DNA of 55,094 nt from a virus (IMGVR_UViG_3300042997_001345:1-55094), one strand, 5' to 3'; positions 28,501 through 36,029 are shown, counted from the stretch's first letter. The notes: generated by a model from the letters alone, not told the origin. Made by a program: numbers and translations.

Positions 28501-31218
28501 TCAATAATTAAAAAATATCAAGGTACGGATCATTTGCACTACAAATATCTGTATGATCGAATCAGTTGCGGATTAACTGGTAAACAAAAATACGGAACGC
28601 AGGATATTTGTGGTACAGACAATCAAGTTGTAGCAGAAGCGTCGGGCTATATTCCTGTAACGGATGCAGAAGCCAAAGACCCACGCTACAGCATGGCCAT
28701 TACACAGGATATCCGACCTGGTGAGGTCAAGCGTCAAGCTGCCAAGCTGGGTTGGAAGACTACCCCAGCTGGCACACCTCCTACTGCTAGAACAAATGGA
28801 CTTGTTGAAGAACTCACACGTAAGTTACAATTAGTTAAAGAAGGACTGGGTTTTCCTTTAGTAAGCGAACAAGAACAAGAGCTAGACGAAGTGGCCATGA
28901 GCCCGTCAGCTCTGCAAGCGTTTGCTGCCAGTCCAGCCGCTGCAGGCATGAAAGCCGGCTTCGAAGCTGAGTTAGTGTTTACCGGCATCGGCGGCGACGA
29001 AGAAGAAGGCGAATGGGAACCTGATTACAGCTATGATCCACGTGCATACAGCCTCGAGAACATTGAAGACTTTTTCAGCTCAGGCGATTTTGCTGAGGGC
29101 TTGTCTCGGCGTCAAAAAAACGCATTAGAAGAAGACTGGATGGACTGGTATGACCAGACCCTGTATGATGAGTTTGATGCACCTGTTGCTGTACGTGAAT
29201 GGATTCAAGAAAACGACTGGGACGAAGAAGACCTTATTGAACGTGCGTTAGATGATGAATACAGCGAAGATCGTGTAAAAGAGATACTGGCAGCCATGGA
29301 ACGACGGGTCAGGGGTACTGGCACTGCTGCTGATGCTGACTTAGTAGAAGAATATGTGGGTGCCAGACAAGAAGTTGAACGACAGCTGGATGAACGTGTA
29401 GATCTGGCCATAGAAGACCAAAACAGCGATTACGAAAGTGCTCTAGACGAATTTAGAGAAAACTGGGACCGGTCCGAAAGCGACTGGTTGCGTGATCGCG
29501 GCTGGACCAACATGAGCGATTTAGCTTATAACTTTGATTTTGCATGGCCACACATGACCATGTCGGGTGGCAGCTCCGAAGGTGGATTCAACGAAGAAGC
29601 AGCACAACAACTGGCTGACAGCTTGAGTGAAGCTCTAGGAGTTGAAACCACTGTCAGCACTGGTTATCACGGTGCTACTCGCGATACAAGTACTTGGATT
29701 TTTGAACCCGACGGCAGCTTAGATGCCGACGATGATGCCAACATGCCGGTGGAGATTGTGAGTCCGCCTATGCCACTAGCAAAAACTCTAGAAATCCTGC
29801 CCAAGTTTTTTGAGTGGGCTGAAGAAAATGGTGCTTATGCCAATAGCTCAACTGGTTTCCACATGAGCGTGAGCATGCCCGATCACGAAGGCAACCTGTT
29901 GGACTATACCAAGTTGGCCTTGTTCCTGGGTGACGAATATGTGCTGCAACAGTTTGGACGCGAAGCCAATACCTATGCCAAGAGTGCCTTACAGAAGATT
30001 CGCGAAAAGAAAGGAAATGTCAATGCCGAAGAAATTCTTAGTACAATGCGAAAACACCTGGGTCATTTTGCTTCACGTGCGTTAGCACAGCCAAGTGGAT
30101 TTGGCAAATACACATCGATTAATCCCAAGACCAATTACATTGAATTTCGTTCAGCAGGCGGCAGCAACTACTTTGAGGACATGGATCGGATACAAAACAC
30201 CCTGATGCGTTATGCTCGTGCCATGGACATTGCGTTTGATCCTGACGCCGACAAACCCGAATACGCCAAGAAACTGTACAAGTTGTTGACCGATACAAAA
30301 ACACAACAAGTAACGGATCCTAAAACTGGTACCAAACGTACAGAAGTTGTGCCTGGGCTTGACAACGATGCTATCAGTATATTCAGTCGTTTTGTAGCAG
30401 GAGAGTTGCCCAAGTCAGAACTCAAAGGGGTTCTCAAGAAACTACAGTACGGTCGCGAAGTGGCCAAAAATCCACCCAAAGAAAAGATTCAGTGGCAAGT
30501 AACTCACCCCAATGGCAGTTCTCTTATTAAGGTATCGGCCAGTTCATCTGAGGAAGCTATTAAGATAGCCAAACAAGAGTGGGGCGATAGTTTGCGAGTC
30601 TGGCCTGATTCTGCTTATCGTGCAGAGCCAGTGGTACCTGCCACACAGACTCCGGCAACTGATCAACTCAATGCACCAGCAGCAGATGATCCCGGTGGCA
30701 ACTATGTGCTGAGACGTAGAGAAGGCAGCGAAGGTGTAGGTCCGGTGGTACATAGATTCTCAGCCCCAAACAACATGGCAGCAGTAGAAGCATCTCGACA
30801 ATGGACCACTGCTCGTGGCGTTGAACGCCGTAGTGTTTGGTTGGATCATATCTCAGGTGTGCCACCTGAGATATTAAATGCAAGACCTGTCAGTGCCACA
30901 CTGGGAGAACCTCGTCCGGCGTTTACTGAGCCACGATCCAGTTCTATTCCTGAAGTACCGCTTGACATAGCACAGAATTTCCAGGAACCACCTGCCAGTT
31001 GGGACAGTGGTTCACCAATTGTGTCAGAACCTCAGAATTTCCCGGCCGCTGGCAATTCTTTCTCCGGTGAATGGAAAGTGGTGGATGGTCTGGGACGAGA
31101 AGTTCATAGATTCGGCGGTATTGGCAACAGTCAAAGCGATGCCAATCGAGTAGCAGCTCAGTGGGCTAGACAAACTGGGTTTGACGGAAATCTGGAAGTA
31201 TATCCAGTGATGAGATAA
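25588..31218 (+). CDS. 1876-aa multi-domain polyprotein: Pol-beta-type nucleotidyltransferase, TraB/Tiki-like, zincin peptidase, ParB-like, DUF6624-like and putative amidoligase modules
   Basis: ISGSNA..SDIDLH; VTGSGHL; TLAHELVH..E.EAN; EPIIV..LIEGWHR; WLLAQHSD..YLYDR..KYGTQ; GFEAE..EPDGSL..EIVSP..TGFHMSV..IEFR. Confidence 0.85.
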   Translation: MDIKELEDYRLSDAIKFHTHLNPRIWGRDEHLLPEVREKLMAIAADFKEFLGLDLEVKDITISGSNAAYTYTDHSDIDLHLVTDLPRADASEIYRELFDAKKYQYNDQHNFKIGGYDVELYVQNANENPKSQGIYSVQDNKWISVPKRRKPEVDDISVRSKYEDLGQRIEAAIKLGNREQLDSLGRKIREFRQAGLDKTGEFGPENLAFKILRSNGTLDQLRAARLAARDQELSIEEAKKKKKKKAFRYGFGGVFFPGYHYYGQTDAAADGGGGDGGGESVKESAVFLNPNAVIVGQDHNKPLNLSPDTLKKVQAIAAKHGARYEGNGKDRTYTKGQIDKYVGSWDDEVAKTAGPNDPKWLYVLFANVDENNRVQRVGVDAQDTIFNRLLATAKDNSFQGIGFTSQALQKFLSMASEGKYDFVNMSQQPATQENLTRFLKAGESLMWPSNWEQYPNKAGKIAKAATVDVRDQYLATRKAGVYVTGSGHLKAVQDITGQQGVTEDSYKDTGGTFMDRLVGEIMNYHSMHDTYPKLNDFTSGVKSKLKSLGRDKTARLFQQALKQAAEQSGQTGVAEESKGIRESADDLQTQLEKFAAFCVKKLGIENPPGIQLKRDPEWSRRNATFGRYVPGTNVMILSVADRHPMDIMRTLAHELVHRNQDEYEPMPVHAGETGSDWENEANAKAGVLMRDFGEQNPDTFDKKALAEGELNEYRDALYTFVKSKFPTWPEYVLKDFLYPQAKGIRNQAELDDFLKRINQEFGNCKWTLTKLPITMDIFTPKTQQMIKSREGGSSNPFQVPRDAERHAQQSKMIQQKGVSTEPIIVAKLSNGYDLIEGWHRTIQHLKTFPEGYTGPAWVCTGATYKSESVNQGVAEASEQSLSSMVAQDQAERNEYSQFVKSQAGGDWTKGAKMYAQLKKRPSDDIFNDAARLNQFMKMTFDFDKFTDQDWDNYWLLAQHSDDHRDFQKNALSIIKKYQGTDHLHYKYLYDRISCGLTGKQKYGTQDICGTDNQVVAEASGYIPVTDAEAKDPRYSMAITQDIRPGEVKRQAAKLGWKTTPAGTPPTARTNGLVEELTRKLQLVKEGLGFPLVSEQEQELDEVAMSPSALQAFAASPAAAGMKAGFEAELVFTGIGGDEEEGEWEPDYSYDPRAYSLENIEDFFSSGDFAEGLSRRQKNALEEDWMDWYDQTLYDEFDAPVAVREWIQENDWDEEDLIERALDDEYSEDRVKEILAAMERRVRGTGTAADADLVEEYVGARQEVERQLDERVDLAIEDQNSDYESALDEFRENWDRSESDWLRDRGWTNMSDLAYNFDFAWPHMTMSGGSSEGGFNEEAAQQLADSLSEALGVETTVSTGYHGATRDTSTWIFEPDGSLDADDDANMPVEIVSPPMPLAKTLEILPKFFEWAEENGAYANSSTGFHMSVSMPDHEGNLLDYTKLALFLGDEYVLQQFGREANTYAKSALQKIREKKGNVNAEEILSTMRKHLGHFASRALAQPSGFGKYTSINPKTNYIEFRSAGGSNYFEDMDRIQNTLMRYARAMDIAFDPDADKPEYAKKLYKLLTDTKTQQVTDPKTGTKRTEVVPGLDNDAISIFSRFVAGELPKSELKGVLKKLQYGREVAKNPPKEKIQWQVTHPNGSSLIKVSASSSEEAIKIAKQEWGDSLRVWPDSAYRAEPVVPATQTPATDQLNAPAADDPGGNYVLRRREGSEGVGPVVHRFSAPNNMAAVEASRQWTTARGVERRSVWLDHISGVPPEILNARPVSATLGEPRPAFTEPRSSSIPEVPLDIAQNFQEPPASWDSGSPIVSEPQNFPAAGNSFSGEWKVVDGLGREVHRFGGIGNSQSDANRVAAQWARQTGFDGNLEVYPVMR

Positions 31219-31220
31219 CA

Positions 31221-31421
31221 ATGAGAGCAAATGAATTTGTAACTGAAAACTTTGCAGATGGCAAGGTCCGAGGCAAGAGTCGTCCTGGGCGTGTGAAACG
31301 TGCAGGTGCCAGTTGTTCTGGTTCTGTAACTGCCTTGCGTAAGCGAGCCAAAAATTCTTCTGGTGAACGTGCAAAGATGTATCACTGGTGTGCCAATATG
31401 AAGTCAGGTAAAAAGAAATGA
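31221..31421 (+). CDS. Small basic protein, putative internal head protein
   Basis: N-terminal MRANEFVTE; K/R-rich with 2 Cys. Confidence 0.75.
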   Translation: MRANEFVTENFADGKVRGKSRPGRVKRAGASCSGSVTALRKRAKNSSGERAKMYHWCANMKSGKKK

Positions 31422-32029
31422 GAGCAAACGAGTTAACAGAATACAGCAAAACCAGTAACAAGATCGACAAGATCCTGAAAGCCAAAGGTTACAAACGACT
31501 GGGTGCCGGTGTTGATCAAACAGCTTACTTAGAGCCTGGCACAGGATACGTACTCAAAGTATTTGGCACAAAAGGCGGCGAATCATTCAGTGCTGACCAT
31601 AAAATGTTTTTTGCCTGGGCAAAATACTGTATGAAAAACGCCGACAACCCGTTCCTGCCACGCTTTGGTGGTTACGAAAGTTTTGTACTTGACGGCGATC
31701 GGTATCTACAGATACGTCAAGAACCACTCAAGCCCCTGGGAGTTGTCGGGCACGTACTGGAATTGTTGGCAACTGCAATTGAGGACAACGGCATTCGAAC
31801 GTTAGAAGAGGCCGAGGAGTTCATCGAAGACTTTAATGAAGGTTATGTTCCAGCTTTAAAAAAGTTAAAGCAACAACTGGGCCCAGGTGGTGTAGAATTG
31901 ATGTTCAGCACCATACTGAGATTGTATTTGGTTGGCAAAAAAAATGGTTGGTTGTTTGACCTGCATGCTGGTAACTTTATGCGGCGTGCCGAAGGTACTC
32001 CAGTGATAGTGGATCCCTGGGTGCTGTAA
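31418..32029 (+). CDS. Protein-kinase-like fold enzyme, putative packaged protein
   Basis: LGAG Gly loop, VLKV, DLHAGNFM catalytic loop, VIVDP; N-terminal MRANELTE. Confidence 0.75.
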   Translation: MRANELTEYSKTSNKIDKILKAKGYKRLGAGVDQTAYLEPGTGYVLKVFGTKGGESFSADHKMFFAWAKYCMKNADNPFLPRFGGYESFVLDGDRYLQIRQEPLKPLGVVGHVLELLATAIEDNGIRTLEEAEEFIEDFNEGYVPALKKLKQQLGPGGVELMFSTILRLYLVGKKNGWLFDLHAGNFMRRAEGTPVIVDPWVL

Positions 32030-32041
32030 ACTAAATACATC

Positions 32042-32251
32042 ATGCGTATTTTTGAAATTGCACAACCTAAGAAATCTAAAATCAAATCTTACTCAGTTAA
32101 GATTAAAATACCTGGGCTTGGCGGGTATGTCAATATAACTGACACTATTGTAATGGCAGTAAATCCACAAATGGCACGTAAATTAGTACAGGTACAATAC
32201 AATGTTCCTCATGCCATGATTGGTCAACCGCGTGAAGTAAAACTACGCTAA
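32042..32251 (+). CDS. Small basic hypothetical protein
   Basis: MRIFEI start, TAAATA 4 nt upstream. Confidence 0.7.
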   Translation: MRIFEIAQPKKSKIKSYSVKIKIPGLGGYVNITDTIVMAVNPQMARKLVQVQYNVPHAMIGQPREVKLR

Positions 32252-32258
32252 ATACAGC

Positions 32259-32549
32259 GTGACCAAACAATTTATCAAAGCCCAAATCGACATTCACTGT
32301 AAACACAAAGGCAAAGAGTCGCCTTCTTATCGTGTGTTTGTCAACGACGAATTATTTGTCGAACGTACATGGATTTGGCCAGGATATTATCTTAGCGAAA
32401 TGCTACAAATTGAAGCCGAACCCGGTGAATATCATGTGCGAGTAGAGGCAGTTCAGCCCATTGGTGGAAAATTTAAAACACGTAACCATCGTGTAGAATA
32501 TGGTCCTGCACGTTGGATCGATGAACAAACATTGGAAATACTAACATGA
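32259..32549 (+). CDS. Hypothetical protein
   Basis: GTG start 4 nt after TAAATA. Confidence 0.65.
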   Translation: MTKQFIKAQIDIHCKHKGKESPSYRVFVNDELFVERTWIWPGYYLSEMLQIEAEPGEYHVRVEAVQPIGGKFKTRNHRVEYGPARWIDEQTLEILT

Positions 32550-32701
32550 GAGCCAAAGAATTTGTTAGAGAAAACGCATCAGCAGGTGCCACAAGTAGCG
32601 GTAGTGTTGCTGCAGTAGCACAACCCATGGGTGCAGTAATTACTCGCACACAAAACCGCAAACCTGGTAAATATAAAAACAGTTTAACACGGACCAAATA
32701 A
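32546..32701 (+). CDS. Small protein (51 aa, absent from ORF track), putative internal head protein
   Basis: MRAKEFVRENASAGATSSGSVA...LTRTK; ATGA overlap upstream and ends 1 nt before the dps start. Confidence 0.75.
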   Translation: MRAKEFVRENASAGATSSGSVAAVAQPMGAVITRTQNRKPGKYKNSLTRTK

Positions 32702-32702
32702 C

Positions 32703-33146
32703 ATGTTATCAGACGATCTAAAAACTTTATTGGCTACACAATATGCATTTGCGGTAAAAGCACAGTACTCTCATTGGAATGTGGAAGGACCTGATTTTGC
32801 TCAACTGCACAAGTTCTTTGGTAAACTGTACGAGGAAGTCAACGACAACAGCATTGATCAAACAGCAGAATTCATACGTGTGTTGGACGAATACACTCCA
32901 GGTAGTTTTGAACGTTTTCAAGAACTGAGTCTGATTCCGGGACAGACTAAGGTACCCCGTGCTCGACTCATGATCGAAGAACTCTTAGCCGACACCCAGG
33001 TCTTGATCGACCTGCTAAATCAGTGTTTTGTGTCAGCTGAACAAGAAAACCAGCAGGGCATTGCTGACTTTGTGAGTCAACGCCTGGCGGCCATGGGCAA
33101 ACATGCTTGGATGTTGCGTAGCTTCCTGAAGGACAACAGAGCATGA
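32703..33146 (+). CDS. dps: Dps/ferritin-like DNA-protection protein
   Basis: HWNVEGPDFAQLHKFF..LYEE...D..AE and KHAWMLRS. Confidence 0.9.
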   Translation: MLSDDLKTLLATQYAFAVKAQYSHWNVEGPDFAQLHKFFGKLYEEVNDNSIDQTAEFIRVLDEYTPGSFERFQELSLIPGQTKVPRARLMIEELLADTQVLIDLLNQCFVSAEQENQQGIADFVSQRLAAMGKHAWMLRSFLKDNRA

Positions 33147-34354
33147 AGATAAAAAATCTGTTTGAGGGGTTAAATGCTCAACAGCGTTCGGTACCTCAAT
33201 TGCCTGCTATGGCCAAAGCTAAACATATCAGTGTGTTGGGTGCTAAAACAGATCCTCAGCATCCATTTGCAGGATATGCTGTTGGTGCTGACGAAAGTGC
33301 CGAGCCAGATCGGAAAAGCATTGGTCCAGACCGGAACGATCCTTTTGAGAAAGGCTGGCGTGCTCAACCCGATGCTACTAACCCTTATGCAGCTGGCACA
33401 CCCGAACATGCAAAATGGCAAGACGGCCGAGATGAGCGTGAGGCACAGCCTAATCATTACGACGAAGATGTAGCGGAGGCAACAGGTGACGTAAAATTTG
33501 ATAAGATGCTTAAAGGTATCACCGGTAAAAAAGCAGTAGCTAAACAACAAAAAACAGACACAAAGCAACAGGTACGTGATGCGTTTGGTGGTATGTTTGG
33601 TGGAGGTAATCCTGCTGATAAACTCAGCATCAGAAACAAAGGTGTGGCGGAAGCTGAGCGTAATGAAATGGATACCCCTGCTGTGCAAGCAGCATTGGCC
33701 AAAATGGCCGAGCGTCACCGAGGTGAGAAGTGGACCAAAGAACAGTTAGCAGCCTTAGGCAAACGTATAGCTGCACGTGGACAAGCCAAGAAAGATGTAG
33801 ATGAAACTGTGTCTACGCACAAAGGCGGAAAAATAACCAAGACCCCCACTGGTATTAAACATCAAGCTGCACCCGGTAATTATGGAGGGTACGAACCCGA
33901 ATTTGACCATTTGCAAACTCTTGATAAAAATACCACAGGCAGGATTGAAAGATCAATGGATATTAAACACAAGAGAGAAAAAGCCTGGCAAGGTGGAATC
34001 GAGTTAGACGAAGCTGTAACCAAAGAAGATATCATCAGTAAACTAAAAGCCCGGTTAGGCGATTACCTGTCAGACATTTCTAAAGAAATCAAAAAAGATC
34101 CTGACCTGATCGACAAGTTGGCAGCTAAACCTGCTGGAGATCAAATGGGTCCTCCAGTTAAAACCGTCACCACAGACGACGGCCACCAAATCTCAATTCA
34201 CGGCAACGAAGATGACGGATTCCGTATCTCGATCAAGAACAAGCAGGCACCCAGCCAGTTTGCCAACTTGGATGAAGCTGTAATGGCCTGCGAAATGTAC
34301 TGTGCTCGACGCCGTACTCAAGCATTGAACGCTGACTATGTAGAGGAAGCCTGA
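33143..34354 (+). CDS. Modular hypothetical polyprotein, putative internal head protein
   Basis: MKIKNLFE start; short blocks separated by DVAE, GVAE, DVDE and ELDE. Confidence 0.7.
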   Translation: MKIKNLFEGLNAQQRSVPQLPAMAKAKHISVLGAKTDPQHPFAGYAVGADESAEPDRKSIGPDRNDPFEKGWRAQPDATNPYAAGTPEHAKWQDGRDEREAQPNHYDEDVAEATGDVKFDKMLKGITGKKAVAKQQKTDTKQQVRDAFGGMFGGGNPADKLSIRNKGVAEAERNEMDTPAVQAALAKMAERHRGEKWTKEQLAALGKRIAARGQAKKDVDETVSTHKGGKITKTPTGIKHQAAPGNYGGYEPEFDHLQTLDKNTTGRIERSMDIKHKREKAWQGGIELDEAVTKEDIISKLKARLGDYLSDISKEIKKDPDLIDKLAAKPAGDQMGPPVKTVTTDDGHQISIHGNEDDGFRISIKNKQAPSQFANLDEAVMACEMYCARRRTQALNADYVEEA

Positions 34355-34668
34355 TGAGATTTAGAGAAATTACCGAAGCTTGCTGGTCAGGATATGAACA
34401 GAAAGGCATGAAGAAAAAAGGCAATAGACAAGTTCCAAATTGTGTAAAGAAAACTGACGAAAGCCTAGAGAAGTATGTGGATAAGGGCGAGTGTCCCAAC
34501 TGCGGTGGTGAAATGGTCGCAGAAGACCAGATCACGGAAAAACAAGATGCCTGTTATCACAAGGTCAAAGGCCGTTACAAGATTTGGCCATCAGCTTATG
34601 CATCCGGTGCGCTAGTTCGTTGCAGAAAAGTAGGTGCTGCCAACTGGGGTAACAAGAGCAAAAAATGA
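34354..34668 (+). CDS. Small Cys-containing basic modular protein
   Basis: MRFREITE start; three blocks each with a Cys pair. Confidence 0.75.
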   Translation: MRFREITEACWSGYEQKGMKKKGNRQVPNCVKKTDESLEKYVDKGECPNCGGEMVAEDQITEKQDACYHKVKGRYKIWPSAYASGALVRCRKVGAANWGNKSKK

Positions 34669-35327
34669 GAGCCGCAGAATTCATCTCCGAAAAATGGAGT
34701 CAGAAGTACAAGAGCTCGATCAATTGTGCCAATCCCAAAGGCTTCTCACAAAAGGCACACTGTGCTGGCCGTAAGAAAAACGAGGACCTTGCTGAGAATC
34801 TGCGAGACTGGTTCGGCAAAGGCAAAGGCGGCGGAGCCGGTGGCGGTGGCTGGGACAGATACAACACCAAGGGCGAAAGAATTGGCAAATGCGGTGATCG
34901 CAAACCAGGCGAAGGCAAACCCAAATGCCTGAGCAAGAGTCGTGCTGCCAGCCTACGTGCTTCGGGCGGCAAGAGTGCTATAGCCGCAGCAGTGCGTCGT
35001 AAACGTGACAAAGATACCAATCCCGAACGATCGGGTGCAGCACGAAACGTACCAAATAAAAAACAAAACGAAAACAAAGATATAGAAACAGAATTATTAA
35101 AAAAACAGTTAATGGCACGTCATCCGCAGGCAAAGAATCTCAGTAATGCAATGGCGTTAGATTATTTTAAAAGTCAACAACAGGATCGCCGAGATATTGT
35201 TCGATTAGATCGCGAAAATGATCAAGAGGAAGCAGAAATTGAAAGACTTGACCAAGAAAACGATCAAGAAGAAACAGAAATTGAACGTCTTAAAAGAACT
35301 ATCAATCAACTTACACGAGGGAGTTAA
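34665..35327 (+). CDS. Basic modular protein with acidic coiled-coil tail
   Basis: MRAAEFISE start; duplicated RLD(R/Q)ENDQEE(A/T)EIE at the C-terminus. Confidence 0.75.
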   Translation: MRAAEFISEKWSQKYKSSINCANPKGFSQKAHCAGRKKNEDLAENLRDWFGKGKGGGAGGGGWDRYNTKGERIGKCGDRKPGEGKPKCLSKSRAASLRASGGKSAIAAAVRRKRDKDTNPERSGAARNVPNKKQNENKDIETELLKKQLMARHPQAKNLSNAMALDYFKSQQQDRRDIVRLDRENDQEEAEIERLDQENDQEETEIERLKRTINQLTRGS

Positions 35328-35330
35328 TAC

Positions 35331-35555
35331 ATGAAACCTATTCTTATAGTATTAGCAGCGACAGCAGCATTAACAGGTTGCGTGATATCAGATCCTTACT
35401 ATGTACAACCACAGACAGTATATGTTCAACCGCGTCCAGTGTACATTCCACCTCCGGTATATTATAGACCACCGCCACCAATACCACAGTGCTATTGGGT
35501 ACAGCGTTGGAATCCACAGTATCGCACGTATCAGAATGTCAGGGTATGTAGATAA
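35331..35555 (+). CDS. Small proline-rich lipoprotein
   Basis: MK plus hydrophobic core plus LTGC lipobox; Pro/Tyr-rich mature part; GAGGG RBS. Confidence 0.75.
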   Translation: MKPILIVLAATAALTGCVISDPYYVQPQTVYVQPRPVYIPPPVYYRPPPPIPQCYWVQRWNPQYRTYQNVRVCR

Positions 35556-35622
35556 TGCCATATCCTGTATATCCAGAACTTCCAGTTGACAGCGATTGGA
35601 AACGCAATCCTTACGCACCCAC

Positions 35623-35832
35623 ATGACCAGAGAATATAGAATACGTTCAGAGTCCTACAGCAAAGATACCACAGATGACTGTTATCTCGATCCCAGCGAT
35701 CCCATATATGAGATAAAACAGCAAGCAGGATTGAAAGATCGAGTAGTCAATAAATTTACTACGCAAGAAATACAAGATCAAGGACTACAACCCGGTACTA
35801 CCAAGTGGTTCCAAATGATGTTTGGAAGATAA
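35623..35832 (+). CDS. Hypothetical protein
   Basis: Short ORF filling the gap; start uncertain (TTG 35596 or ATG 35623). Confidence 0.55.
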   Translation: MTREYRIRSESYSKDTTDDCYLDPSDPIYEIKQQAGLKDRVVNKFTTQEIQDQGLQPGTTKWFQMMFGR

Positions 35833-35833
35833 C

Positions 35834-36025
35834 ATGAGAGCAACAGAATTTGTTTCCAAACGCAGAAAAAAAGTCAACGAATTAGATTTCTTAGGCAGTC
35901 CTTGTACCAAAGACTGTTCGGGTCATCGTGCCGGATATGCATGGAGTAAGCGTAAAGGAACAGTGCCTGCTAGCCGTAGCCCCAGTTTCAACAAAGGTGC
36001 AGCATTACAGGCGGCAGGAAAATAG
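35834..36025 (+). CDS. Small basic protein, putative internal head protein
   Basis: MRATEFVS start (ATG 35834); CTKDCSGH motif. Confidence 0.7.
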   Translation: MRATEFVSKRRKKVNELDFLGSPCTKDCSGHRAGYAWSKRKGTVPASRSPSFNKGAALQAAGK

Positions 36026-36029
36026 AATA

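Larger units (their letters stand above)
27084..33653 (+). repeat. Dispersed 14-bp repeat AGGTGTGGCGGAAG (G-V-A-E) at module junctions
   Basis: Exact copies at 27300-27313, 28200-28213 and 33640-33653; one-mismatch copy at 27084-27097; degenerate copies near 27694-27710, 28624-28639 and 33464-33479; all in the same reading frame. Confidence 0.85.

Noticed and set aside
27084-33653. GGTGTGGCGG repeat as CRISPR repeat or E. coli Chi site
   Set aside because: Too short and irregularly spaced for CRISPR; differs from GCTGGTGG and is frame-locked to domain borders. A Chi-like role in another host cannot be excluded.
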